Below are positions 24,364 through 37,120 of a stretch of 64,000 nucleotides of DNA, piece by piece (position 1 is the stretch's first letter; every line of letters starts with the position of its first letter). Location of the stretch: contig CM059432.1 of assembly GCA_030390025.1 (NCBI GenBank), positions 131,628,001-131,692,000 on the forward strand, read 5' to 3'. Origin of the DNA: Squalus acanthias. Lineage: Eukaryota. Under the pieces are notes generated by a model. The model did no database searches and had not been told where the DNA came from. It saw nothing but the letters and a program-made list of their open reading frames with translations. Made by a program: the position numbers and the translations under genes.

Positions 24364-25430
24364 GTATGCAGACTACAGTTGTTGAATTTTGACCATGAAA
24401 CATGTGGCAAAAATCCAAGTAGATGAGGTGGATTGGTGATTATTTGGCGAGCGTGTAAACTTCTACTCTTTTGCCCCATATAATCCACCATCAACACCTA
24501 AAAAGATTGAAAGCATATCTCAATTTTTAAGCTCAACTATACAGAAGTACTAAATGAAGAATTCCTTGTGCATGTCCAACCACGTGCTTAGGCCAGTGGG
24601 AGTCTATTTTTTGTTAAATATCCCAGGTGCAACCCACTACTGTTCTACCAAGTATAACCATCAAATTTAGATATTTTGTTGCAAAAACTAACTTCAAAGT
24701 CCTCCTAGTAGTTGCATAAATTAATATCCAAGGCGCAATGAAGTTGCCTGCTGCGCCCTTTACTTGCAACTTAATAAGTTGCTTGTGATCTATAATAGGA
24801 TAAATGTAATCTTTAAAGTTTTTTTTCCCATTCCCTAACCCACAGACATGATAACAAAAGTAGTGCTCCTATCACTGCCCTATTTAGCATGGATTGGGGA
24901 CTGAACCTGTTATCATCTTGGTCTGTAGAGATCAGCTACTTACTGAATAAACTCGCTGAGCCATTACTGGAGCCTTGGCCGGAGTCATTGTATAAAAGTT
25001 GAATGTGGCAGTTTCACTGCTTTCTTTGCATAGTAAATTTCTAAGTTTGATGAGGGTGGGGTGATGGAGAGAAAAGTTATGAGGAAAATGGACAAATAAA
25101 GGCTAGATGCTACTTTGTCCAACCAGGTGAGAACAGTTGACTGGGTTGTTTGTATATTTCTCTTGGCCATTCAAGAACACAGTTGGCAAAAACTTGGGAG
25201 CAGGTCACTTTTTTTTTTAGAGTGGGAATAGTACAAAGAATCCATGGGGAGGGAAGGTATAGAGAATGAACGTTGTTATGCAAACTTATTATTGGCAACA
25301 TTGCGGTCAGTGTGCTTTCATTTTAGCTCTGTATTGTACGACATTGTTCAGAAATTTTCCAAAGGATGATTGTTGCAGGAATAGCCTTGTATTAACATGT
25401 TTTTGTGGGGGGGATATTTTTCTGTTGTAG

Positions 25431-25598
25431 AAGAAGATCCAATGATAAAAGTCCTCCTTCAATTGAATCTCAATCTACTGGAAGTAGTAAGACTGTAGAT
25501 CGTGACAGCCGGAGAAGGAACCGCAGCCGAAGTCCACATGAACGGAAAAGAAGTCCAGATTGGGATAAAGAAAGAGATTCAAGGAAAAAACGAGAGAA
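25431..25598 (+). CDS. SNRNP48: SNRNP48 exon 8 (RS-like region)
   Basis: RRSNDKSPPSIESQSTG...RRNRSRSPHERKRSPDWDKERDSRKKRE; acceptor ttgtag, donor AA|gtgagt, phase 2-2. Confidence 0.9.
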
Positions 25599-25698
25599 GT
25601 GAGTACATCTCCTGTTGGAAAGTAGTTCACTTTTATTACAGGGAATGGAATCATTAAGTGTAGCAGTACAGTATAACATTTTTGATGTATAATTTCAG

Positions 25699-25753
25699 AG
25701 AGCATCATTCTCGAGATGAGGACCGGCATCGAAGTTACAGACGGCGGAAATGA
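25699..25753 (+). CDS. SNRNP48: SNRNP48 exon 9 (last coding exon)
   Basis: (K)EHHSRDEDRHRSYRRRK*; acceptor tttcag; spliced CDS totals 1173 nt (390 aa plus stop). Confidence 0.88.
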
Positions 25754-26282
25754 ATTGGAAGTAGTGATGGAATGAGGAATGGCTGAAATTAATCTTGTAA
25801 CAGAATATACAAGTACTGTGTACACAAGGACTGATTTTTTTAAAACTGCAACCTTAAATTAATGTCTACAGCTGGCTACATAATGACCATTGTTAAACTT
25901 CCAGTTGAATATCATAAAACATCATCTGCATGCAGTCAACCCATTATTAATGTTAACTGATCTCTAGCTGTAAAAACAAAAGTAAGACAGCTCTCACCAG
26001 AATGTATTATAAAAATGGATGTATATGAGTGACTACAAGGCAAGTGTTGATATCTGGAGCTCTAAATCATATTTCCAAACTGCTTGAGTTTCATTTCATA
26101 GTTTGACATGTCTGAACTGTTAGGACTGATTACAAAGCAGTAATCTTAAGTACTGATTATTCTCTATGATTCCCTGTTTACTGACTGTAATTTTTGCACA
26201 TTTTTAAGGTTGATTTTTTTTAATTAAATACTTGAACCATAAATTGAATTCAAGTGGTGAGAAAAATGTATATTAAACTTGA

Positions 26283-26288
26283 AATAAA
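26283..26288 (+). terminator. Candidate polyadenylation signal of SNRNP48
   Basis: AATAAA about 530 nt after the stop codon, in an AT-rich UTR-like stretch with ATTAAA variants nearby. Confidence 0.45.
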
Positions 26289-26549
26289 GCTTCGTTCCAG
26301 ACAGATTGAGGACATTTTTGTTAAATGAAAAGTAAATGTTGCATTTTTTGAACTTCAGGCAATTAACTCCTGTATCTCCATTATATTTCATGAGGTTTAT
26401 AGAGGATAAATAGATCTTGTGATACATCATCTTAATTGTCGTAAACTTTAACTTTTACAAATTTAAAAAAGGAACTAATTATAAATGTCTACATTTTTAA
26501 CATAGAATACACATTGGGTAACAGTTGCCATGTTTATTCACTTCAGAGA

Positions 26550-26880
26550 AAGAGCTTGCATTTATATATTGCCTTACATCCTCAAGATGTTGAAAATTGC
26601 TTTACAACCAATTGATTACTTTTGTTGAACTCCAGTCACTTATGTAGGCAGCCAATTTGCACGTGGCAAGGTTCCACAAAGAGCAAATGAATCAATGACC
26701 AGATAACTTGTTTTGGTGGTGTTGGTTACAGACAGTGAGAAACCTGCTTCTCTTCAATTAGTTTCATGGAATCTTTTGAGTAGGCAAACAGAGACTCATC
26801 TGACAGATTGCACTTGTGACATGCAGCACTGCTTCAGTACTGCATTGAATTATTAGCTTAGATTATATGTTGAAGTCTTG
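26550..26880 (-). mobile_element. L2-tailed SINE (antisense)
   Basis: agcttgcatttatatattgcc...gcagccaatttgcac...atgaccagataa is the reverse of the SINE core. Confidence 0.6.
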
Positions 26881-28010
26881 GGGGGGAGAAATTCGGTATC
26901 ACCCCATTTGGGGCGCAATTATCGGCCGGGCGCAAAGTTTAACGCCTGCCGCTAATTATTGCTTCCGACTGCAAACTTGGCTTCTGTCGCCGCTGGAGGT
27001 GATTGGAACGCTAAATTAGGCGCTACACACCTCTCAAGGCGCTAACTCAGAGCGCTGGCGAAGCTCGTGATGTCAGTTAGCAATGGAACACAGACACACT
27101 GGCGCCGGCCAGTTCTTAAAGGTGAGGGTCAATCTTGCTCGCCATCCACACCCTGTTCATTGCAGCCTTGAATCTCGGCCTGGAGAGATCTGTACATCAA
27201 TTCTGCTGGAAAGGACAATGGAGAGGCCTAGGGAAAGAGCTCCGAGTCTTCTAAATCGATGCAAGGAAGGGCAAATCAAAATGAACCTGCAAAGAGCAGC
27301 TCAGTACCCAAAACTCCTTCACACAGCATTGAATCTCTCCAGAAGTCAGTCTCTCTCTCTCAATGTGTGGTGCAAAAATGTCGCCAACAAGATTGGATCA
27401 GCCATGATCTTATTGAATGGCGCAGCAGGCTCGAGGGGCTGATTGGCCTACTCCTGCTTCCTATGTTCTTCTGACTGCTGAGGCACCGCTCCGGGGGAGT
27501 GGCAGTGGGTCAGCGGAGTAGGACCTTACTGCCCTCTCAAGATGACAGTATTCATGTTCCCTCCTCTGCCACTCCACCATTGCCCTTGCTGCTGTCTGTC
27601 GGCCAGCCAGCCCAGACTGCTGCCACCCATGCCAAGGTGTTGCAGTCTACAGCCAGGCCTTCTATGGCCAGAGCTGCTTGAGATCGTCCTCCAAGGCCAT
27701 CTGAAGTCTCCTGCACGGAAACTCAGCAGCCTTCCACTAGCCATGCTGCAGCCACTGGGGAGCACTGTGTAGGAGCACTACACTAGGAAAAGCCACACGA
27801 AAGACAGGCACTAATGGATTGCACAAGGGTGATTAGTTAATATTTTTCATGAAAATATGTGTGAATTGATTCGTGATGAATTTATGAATTTTGTTTGGAA
27901 TCTTTTGTGGTGTCTCTCATTTCAGCTTTGTGCCCAGGAGGAAGCTGCAATATTCGTGAGACGGATGGTATGATGAGGATGTGGTGAGCAATGGGGATCT
28001 GGGGTTACAC

Positions 28011-29030
28011 TCATTGGAATCGGAGTCTGATGAGCCATTCATGGAGAGCCCGTCCGGAAGGACGATTGGCTGCCTGCCTCCTCCCTCCTGCCTCTTCCTC
28101 TTGCTCCTCATCGTCCTCCTCCTCCCCCTCATCCTCCTCCTGAGGTGGTGCCGTAATTCCTGGTGGCAAGGGCTGTGCCCTCATGATGGCCAAGTTGTGA
28201 AGCATGCAGCAGACCATCACAAAATGAAACACCCGCTCCGCCGAGTACTGGAGGGCTCCGCCCGAGCGGTCAAGGCAGCGGAACCGTTGCTTCAGTAGCC
28301 CGATGGTCTGCTTGATGATGTTCCTGGTGGAAGCATAGCTCTCATTATGAGTGTTGGGGTTGCGGAGGGGAGTCATGAGCCAGGTGTACTGCGGATAGCC
28401 CTTGTCTCCAAGCAGCCACCCTCGAGTTTCATGTGCTAGCTGGAAGATTGCTGGCACACCGCAGGATGAAGGCATCATGGCTGCGGCCAGGATAGCGGGC
28501 ATTGACATTGAGGAATCGCTGTGCGTGGTCACACATCACCTGCACATTAAGTGAGTGGTAGACTTTGCGGTTATGGAAGATCTCAGGATTGTTATGTGGC
28601 ACCCGCAAAGCAATGGGGGTGCAGTCGATGGCGCCCTGCACCATGGAGAAATCCGCTATCCTAGCAAAGCCACATGCACGCTCGTTCTGCTTCTCTCTGC
28701 TCAGAGAGAAGACAACGTAGTCCCTTCTGGTGTAGAGAGCCTCAGTGACCTCCCGGATGCAGCGATGGACGGCGAACTGAGATGTTAGCTATGCCTCCTG
28801 CTGCAGATTGGACGGATCTGCTGGTGAAGAAATTGATGGCCACAGTGACCTTGACTGCCACTGGGAGAGCTGTGGTCGCCCTGGTCTCAGGCTGCAGGTC
28901 TGGTTGCAGGAGGTGGCAGAGTTCTGTGACCAACTCCTTGGAGAATTAAAACACTGCCCCTCACTTAAGTGGAGGTAGAAGTGCTATCTGAAGACCCTAA
29001 GTGGGTAAGGCCTCCTGTTGAGAGCCCTGT
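28011..29030 (-). pseudogene. HARBI1-like Harbinger transposase, frameshifted
   Basis: VQGAIDCTPI...[15 protein letters not shown]...[42 protein letters not shown] and CCMLHN across several frames. Confidence 0.9.
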
Positions 29031-29031
29031 A

Positions 29032-31648
29032 GACCGAATCCATTTGGTTCGAGTTGAGGAGCAAAAAGGGTATGATCATGCTATTGGGGGTATTCTATAG
29101 GCCTCCAAATAGTGAGAGGAAGGTAGAGGAGCAAATCTGCAAGGACATCGCAGAGATATGCAAGAGCTATAGAGTGGTGATATTGGGGGACTTTAATTAC
29201 CCAAATATCGATTGGGATAATGCTAGGGTAAAGGGAAAGGAGGGGGAGGAATTTCTGAAATGTGTTCAGGAGAATTTCCTTGACCAATATGTTCCTGGCC
29301 CAACTGGGAAGGAGGTATTGCTGGATCTGGTGCTGGGGAATGAGGTGGGCCAGGTCGACCAAGTGTCTGTGGGAGAACACGTGGGTACGAGTGATTATCG
29401 TATCATAAGATTTAGATTAGCAATGGAGAGCAGCAAGGAACAATCTAGATTGGAACTTCTAAACTGGAATAGGGCTAACTTCAATGGGATGCGAAAGGAT
29501 CTAGCCAGGGTAAAATGGAACCAAAGACTGACAGGAAAAACTGTAACGGAACAATGGGTGATCTTTAAGGAGGAGATGCTCCAAGTACAGGCTGGGTACA
29601 TTCCAACAAGAGGGAAGGGTAAGGGAACCAAAGCAAGGGCTCCTTGGATAACGAGGGAGGTAGAGAAGATGATGAAACAAAAAAAGAGGGTGTATGATGC
29701 ATGTCAGGTGAATTCTTCAAAGGAGAACCAGACCAAATACAATAAGTTGAGCGGGGATGTGAAGATGAAAATAAGATTGACAAAGAGAGAATGAGAGTAG
29801 AATGGCGGTTAACATAAAAGGGAACCCAAAAATCTTCTACCGGCATGTAAACAATAAGCGGGTAGCAAGAGGGGAGGTGGGGCCTATTAGAGTCAAAGAA
29901 GGTGATATATGCTTAGAGGTGCAGGGCAAGGCTAGAATACTCAATGAGTAGTTTGTATCGGTGTTTACTGAGGAGGTGGATGCTGACAAAATATCGGTAG
30001 AAATGGAAAAGTTAGAAGCAATGGAAGGGGTGAAAACTGATAGACAGGATGTACTAGAAAGGCTGGGTATGCTTAGAGTGGACAAGTCGCCTGGTCCAGA
30101 TAACTTGCATCCCAGGTTGCTAAGGGAATTGGGGAGGAGATAGTGGAAGGGCTTGCCATAATTTTCCAATCTTCCCTAGATGCGGGGGAGGTGCCTGAGG
30201 ATTGGAAAGTGGCAAATGCGACACCATTGTTCAAGAAAGGGTGTAAGGACAATCCTAGTAACTACAGACCGGCCAGTTTAACATCAGTGGTGGGTAAAGT
30301 TTTAGAAATAATAGTCAAGGAAAAAATTAAGGGAACTTGGAGAAGTATAAAATAATTAAGGAGAGCCAACATGGATTTGTAAAAGGCAGATCGTGTTTGA
30401 CTAATCTAATTGAATTTTTTGATGAAGTAACAGAGAGGATTGATGAAGGGAATGCAATGGAAGTTGTCTACATGGATTTTTGGAAGGCGTTTGACAAAGT
30501 ACCACATAGAAGGCTGGTTAACAAAATTGAGGCTCATGGAATAGTTGGGTCAGTGGCAGCTTGGATAAGGAATTGGCTTAAGGACAAAAAACAGCGAGTT
30601 GTGGTAAATGGCTGTTTTTCAGACTGGAGGATGGTAGACAGTGGTGTTCCCCAAGGGCCAGTGCTGGGGCCAGTGCTTTTTTTGATGTGTATATATAAAT
30701 GACCTGGACATTGGAATACAGAGTAGAATTTCTAAATTTGCCGATGACACCAAACTTGGGGGTGTGGCAAACAGTGATGATGATGCCAATCGACTGCAAC
30801 AGGACATAGAAAGGCTAGCAAAATGGGCAGACAAATGGCAGATGGAATTTAATACAGAGAAGTGTGAGGTGATGCATTTTGGCAGAAGGAACAGGGAGAG
30901 GCAATATACACTTAATGGCACAGTTTTAAAGAGTGTGCAGGGACAGAGGGACCTGGAAGTTAATGTGCATAGGTCCCTGAAGGTGGCAGGACATATTGAG
31001 AGAGTGGTTAAAGCATATGGGATCTTGGGCTTCATAAATAGAGGTATTGAGTACAAAAGTAGAGAAGTTATGCTGAACCTTTATAAAGCACTGGTTAAGC
31101 CACAACTGGAGTATTGCGTCCAGTTCTGGTCACCACACTTTAGGAAGGATGTGAAGGCCCTTGAGAGGGTGCAGAGGAGATTTAGCAGAATGGTTCTGGG
31201 GATGGTGGATCTTAGCTACAAGGACAGGTTGGAGAAGCTGGATTTGTTTTCATTAGAGCAAAGGAGGTTGAGGGATGATTTGATAGAGGTGTACAAGATT
31301 ATGAAGGATTTGGATAGGCTGGACGGGGAAAGGCTGTTCCCACTAGTTGATGGTACAAGGACTAGGGTCACAGATTTAAGGTTTTGGGCAAGAGATACAG
31401 GGGGGATGTGAGGAAAAACTTTTTTACACAGCGAGTGGTGATGACCTGGAACTCACTGCTGACGGAAGTGGTGGAAGCGGAGACACTCAATGTTTTCAAG
31501 GGGAGACTGGATAGGCACTTGAGCGAAATAAACTTGCAGGGCTATGGGGATAGAGCGGGGGTATGGGACTGACTGGATTGCTCTGCAGAGAGCCGGCACG
31601 GACTCGATGGGCTGAATGGCCTCCTTCAGTGCCATTATGACTCTATGA
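29032..31648 (+). mobile_element. CR1 LINE about 2.6 kb (partial APE endonuclease plus RT), disrupted
   Basis: GVFYRPP...ILGDFNYPNIDW...LDLVL; SPGPDNLHPR; QHGFVKGRSCLTNL; KWQMEFN; ends in a (tatgactc)n-like tail. Confidence 0.95.
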
Positions 31649-33799
31649 CCCTCATGGCCCACCTCCTCCTCCTCCCTCTCTGTGCATGTTCCCATCTTCC
31701 TTGCTGCCTGCGCTCCCTGTACCGAAGATCCTGGAGCGTGAGGTCGACTGCCAGTACAGCCCCCATGACTGTGAGCAGAAGTATTTAAAAAATAATAAAG
31801 GCATTCTGCACTTGCAACAACAGTGCCTGTTACCTTAGAACCTTCAAAGAATGTAATAAATCTGTTGGAGCTGCAGAAAGTAGCACAGAGCCACTCAAAC
31901 TGCATAACCATGTCATGTGCAACTGATTGCTGATGATCTCTTTAAATATTGTTGCTGGAGGCTCCTTCCTGCTGTTGAACGCTTGCTCTCCATCGTTGTT
32001 TAGGCATGCCGGTACGTTGAACGGCGAAATCCAATGCTGCAGATCAGGTGTCAAGTGAGCATTGCACACTCACTGATGTCACGATCTTGTTAATTTCAGC
32101 TCCTGCAGCGATTGCGTTTATCGGCAGCGCTACCAGCCCTCGCAAAATGGCAGCTGCCGCGGGGCCCCCCCTGCCAGCTGACAGAAGAGCACCGGCCACT
32201 GTTTTTTCGCTGTTTCGTGGCGGTAACGGGTGGCGTAAAACACCCGAATATTTAGCCCTCTAGCTTTCTAAAACAGTAAACACGGGTTATTGGGAAGGAC
32301 TGGCAGCTGTGTCCAGGACCACGTTACACTCCATAATTCACTATAACATGCACAACTCATTCTGTTTTCAAATAGTGCATTCTAACAAGTGTGGGCTGTG
32401 CTCTTACACATGTACATTGTTACGTGCATTCTGTTTTTCTTCTGTTGCCCGTAAATAGACAACCATCAAAATAGAAGATCCTGTTTATTGACAACAAATA
32501 GGAGGGATAGAACTAACCTTGTGCAGTCTATGGGAATGATCTTGAATGCGCAAAAATCATAAGGATCTTACAGCAGAGAAGGAGGTCATTCGGCCCATCG
32601 TGCCTGCGCCAGCTCTTTGAAAGAGCTATCCAATTATTTTACCACACCCCCCCCCCTCCTTTTTCCCCACAGCCCTGCAATGCCCTCATTCTTTGACTTT
32701 GTGCAACATTTTATTTTTCTATATAGTGAATATCAATGGGCCTTGCTCACAGTTAGTAGGGGAAAATGGCATGTCTTAGCTGTACTTTTTGCAGCAGGCT
32801 GAGGTTAGTTTAAAAAAAAAATAGATGTTCCTGTCGAGCCTCCTCTGGAACAGATAAGAACACCACAGCGTTACCCATTGATTTCAGTGGGCTGGGTTGC
32901 TCGTGTACTGCAAATAATTGTAGTTATCATTTAGCTTATGTCTTTCCCTTTCCACCCCGTTGTTGTCTGAAGTTTTAGCACTGTTCCAAATAGGTGCTGA
33001 TTTTTCTTTGAATTTGCCCAGTTTTTTTGGAGTGGGGTTTTCCCATGGTTTTGACGCTAAAATATGTTGTGGGTGGAAATGTGAAACGGGGATTTTAAAT
33101 TGGCACTAAAACCTGACTTTAATGATTCTTACTGTAGAGCTGGTTGAACTTGGTTTCTGCAACCTAAGGAGATTCAGTTTTGGCAATTAAATCATGCGAA
33201 GCGGCCTTTTCAAAAGCTGAAGATGTTGGGGTTTAATTCTTGGGCTTCCAATTTTTGTTTTTCATAATTTTTCGTATAACAGAGAACTTTGCAAATCTGT
33301 TTAGTTTTTGAATTTGTATTTTAACCACGCGTTGACGTGCCTAATGATGTTTAAGTTCACCCATACGGTGATGAGCTGCGGTCAATGCCACAAGTGCATT
33401 CATTTTACTTTTTGTCATAAAAGATCTACAATCTGATTTTTTAACGAGAGCTGTAATACTTTTAGGAGGCTACGGCCGGGTCAGTGCATGTGCCACGTCG
33501 CAGCCATGAGCCACTAGTTTGAGATGGAAGAATGAGCTAAGCTGAGTGTTTGCGTTGTGGAACTGAAGTATTTCGCACCTCTTGAGCGGGTGGCCCTCGG
33601 AGCTGAGCCTGTGTGAAATTACAGAGGGACAGAGATGAAACTGGCATTGAAGCAGCCTGCCACATGAGAGCTGGATGCCGGATGGTCCCGAGGAAGGAGA
33701 TTTGAGAAATCGACTACTGTGCTCAATTATGAACGAGGACGTTTGAATGTTAAATTACCCGGGAGCCAGTGAGTTGTGGAGACGAATTTAACCGAAGTA

Positions 33800-33820
33800 A
33801 TGGCAGCTTCAAGAATGGAG
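33800..33820 (+). CDS. Putative first coding exon segment of the collagen gene (MAASRME)
   Basis: Strong Kozak context gtaATGG, donor GAG|gtaagg, in a locally CpG-enriched region; joins in frame to the exon starting at 46002. Confidence 0.45.
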
Positions 33821-35504
33821 GTAAGGGGCATGCTGATGTTCGTAAAGATTTAAAAAAGAACTTGATTAAAGCAGTGGCTTACGGGAACCCAATTCGCTCT
33901 TATATTCCACCTTGCTTAACTCCACGTTACTTTGGTTTTCCAATATATGACAGTAAATGGTATTCAAACACTACAGGTCCCAGCTTGCGTTGGCAACAGC
34001 CAAGATTGAGTGAAATCCAAGTTGTGGTTGGGGTTTTTTCCTCCTTGGGCCTTAATTAAGAGTAACATGATGATGATTGGAAGTCAGCAGAACAGGAACT
34101 GGCTGTAATAAGACGCGTGCAATTTTTAAATGGAAGTAAATGCATCTGCGGAGAAAAGTTTCTCGGCGGCGTGTCTGTGACCCCACCCAAAGGGAAAGGA
34201 TTCAGTAACCTATTGTGATAGACGATCAATGTAAATACAATGGGCCCAATGACAAACATATTGGGATTTACCATTTAAACTCGTAGCGATTAAGTCTAGT
34301 TCTGAATTAAATTGACTGCTCCCTACTGCAGCCCTAAATAATTTACCTACTTGGCCAATAAAAAATAAAACCTTTACAGTCGACTAGGACTAGATACGCA
34401 CTTTGATATTTTAACCGTGTCCAAAATGTATGTTGTAAACCACAGTATTTTCTTTTGGAAAATTGACTTTTTAAAAGTTTTGATCGATTCCAACTGACTT
34501 TTAAAAGCAAAAGGTGCTTTTTTTCCTGAAATTACATCAGTAGAATTGCAATATTCTAATAGGCATCGCTAAAAACACAATGAAGGTGTTAGCGAGCATG
34601 GAAATGTCTTACATTGTTGGGTAAGATTTAAAACGTTTGCACTGTTCCACATCATTGTAAAAGGAAAATTAATTAAAAAGTTACAGTGCATAAACATGCT
34701 GTTTAGATTCTTGTTCTCTTCAATTAGAGATGAACTTGAAAGCTGAAGTACTTCCAGTGTTTGTAACTTTTTTGTAAGGGGGGGAGGCAATCTGTTAAAA
34801 TTTTCTTTTTTAAATTATATATTGGGTAATTCCACCAAGGCAGGTAAATGTTCGTTAAAGTGAGTGAATTAATTAAGCATTTGAGTACTCTGCATTTTTT
34901 TTGGATATCTGACTGAAACATGCTCAGGAGATCAAGTTTCCGTGACTGGTAAAGACCCAGGACAATATTAATATCCGTATATGTGACTGCAGTGGCAGCT
35001 AGCTCGCATCTGAGACTGGCAGTTTTGGATTTTATTCAGAAACAAAAAGGCAATCTAAATGTGGGGCTGAGGTGTTTCTGGCCTTACTTACAATTAAGCT
35101 TATGAATATATCTATCTTAAAAACATTGAGTTGTTTTCAGTCCATGTCACTCTGGTCTGTGGGAGTTACATGATCCATTCCTTATTTAGCGATTTGATTG
35201 ATCCATGGAGTCACAACCATTAGTATTATCGATCACGTGATGACCATGGACTAATCCCCACTCTCCTGCCCCTTGGCCAGGATCTATGCCTCTCGACCAG
35301 CCCAATTCTGTACTCTGCTCTGGGTGCTGCTCTTCTTCCTTGGATATCACAAACAGGGTCCTTCCAAACCTGCTTGCCTTACCCTGGTCTTGCTGCACCA
35401 TTTTCGAACCCACCAGGTCTCCCTCTTTCTCAGGCTCGGTGTTAGACTATTGCTGTTGCTCTCCGCTCTCTCGTGGAGAGTGCATGTTTCCCATCATTAT
35501 GATA

Positions 35505-35970
35505 GGATGATACCAGAACTTCAAGGGTTAAGTTACGAGGAGAGATTACACAAGTTAGGGTTGTATTCCCTGGAATTTAGAAGGTTAAGGGGTGATCTGA
35601 TCGAATTTTTCAAGATATTAAGGGGAACAGATAGGGTAGATAGAGAGAAACTATTTCTGCTGGTTGGGGATTCTAGGACTAGGGGGCATAGTCTAATAAT
35701 TAGAGCCAAACCTTTCAGGAGTGAAATTAGGAAACACTTCTACATGCAAAGGGTGCTAGAAGTTTGGAACTCTCTTCCGCAAACAGCAATTGATGCTAGA
35801 TCCATTGTTAATTTTAAATCTGAGATTGATAGCTTTCTGTTAACCAAAGGTATTAAGGGATATGGGCCAAAGGTGGGTATATGGAGTTAGGTCACAGATC
35901 AGCCCTGATCTAATTGAATGGTGGAGCAGGCTCGAGGGGCTGAATGGCCTCCTCCTGTTCCTATGTCCTA
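35505..35970 (+). mobile_element. CR1 3' end
   Basis: MIPELQGLSYEERLHKLGLYSLEFRRLRGDLIE...VWNSLP plus CR1 3' UTR. Confidence 0.9.
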
Positions 35971-36789
35971 TTATAACAGTGTCTACACTTCAAAGTACTT
36001 CATTGCCTGTAAAGCGCTTTGGGATGTCCGGTGGTCATGAAAGGCACTATATCAATGCAAGTCTTTTTTTTTGATTGAGGAATAACTTGGAGAATTACAA
36101 CTACTGCCCCCAAACAGCAGCCCAAGAAGGAATCTCGGGGAAGCAGGGATTAGCAGCTTGCTGATCAGGAGAGACGAGAGAAACTAGGGGACTTTTCATT
36201 GCAGCAGAGAAACTTGATCGGATGGAGATGTTCAAAATTATGAAGGGTTTTGATAAGGTAAATAAGGAAAACTTTTGTTCGTAAGCCAGTAAATAGATGG
36301 CGTAAATTTTAGGTCATCACAAAAAGAACGAAGGGAGGGGTTAGGAGAATTGGGTGGGCTCCCTATGTATGCACCCTTACCTACCCGATGTTCCTCTCTG
36401 CCCAGGTTCAGGAACAGGAACGTTTGCCTCATTGTGTCCAGCTTTGGGCGTATTTCTTTAGGAAGGATGTCAAGGCCATGAGGAGGGTATGGAAGAGATC
36501 CATTAGGAAAATAACAGGGATAAGAGGATTTAGTTATGAGGAAAGACTAAACAAAATGGGGCTCTTTCATTAGAGCAGAGAAAGTTGAGAAGATATCTGA
36601 AAGAGGTGATAAAAATTATTCATAGTTTTCATAAGGTAAATAGGGGGCAACTACTTTCACTGGTGCAATTATTTCACTTTTACAGAATGAGGTTTATATT
36701 GCTCATGCAACTGACCTATTATTCTTACTGGTAAGAATTTTGCACTGACCAGTTAGTCATTGGGTAGGTATAGAGTTGAGGCCTTTTAA

Positions 36790-37120
36790 GAACATAAAAA
36801 TAGGAGCAGGCATAGGCCATTCGGCCCCTTGAGCCTGCTCCGCCATTCGATACGATCATAGCTGATCTTCTACCTCAACTCCACTTTCCTGCACGATCCC
36901 CATATCTCTTGATTCCCTTAATAGCCAAAAATCTATCGATCTCTGTCTTAAATATACTCAATGACTGAGCATCCACAGCCCTCTGGGGTAGAGAATTCCA
37001 AAGAATCACAACCCTTTGAGTGAAGAAATTTCTCCTCATCTCAGTCCTAAATGATCAACCCCTTATTCTGAGACTGTGACCCCTAGTTCTAGACTCCCCA
37101 GCCAGGGGAAACAGCCTCTC
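36790..37120 (-). mobile_element. CR1 3' end (antisense)
   Basis: taagaacataaaaataggagcaggcataggccattcggccc...gagaattccaaagaatcacaaccctttgagtgaagaaatttctcctc. Confidence 0.85.

Larger units (their letters stand above)
26882..32258 (-). mobile_element. Degraded PIF/Harbinger DNA transposon, split by a CR1 insertion
   Basis: HARBI1-like DDE transposase on - strand, possible Myb/SANT-like remnant on + strand, imperfect terminal inverted repeats gggggagaaattcgg / ccgaatatttagccc (11/15). Confidence 0.65.

Noticed and set aside
28011..29030. Domesticated host HARBI1 gene
   Set aside because: Multiple frameshifts and stops plus a LINE insertion indicate a dead transposon.
35273..35890. 205-aa ORF with a hydrophobic N-terminus
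   Set aside because: Chance read-through into a CR1 3' fragment; non-ATG start.
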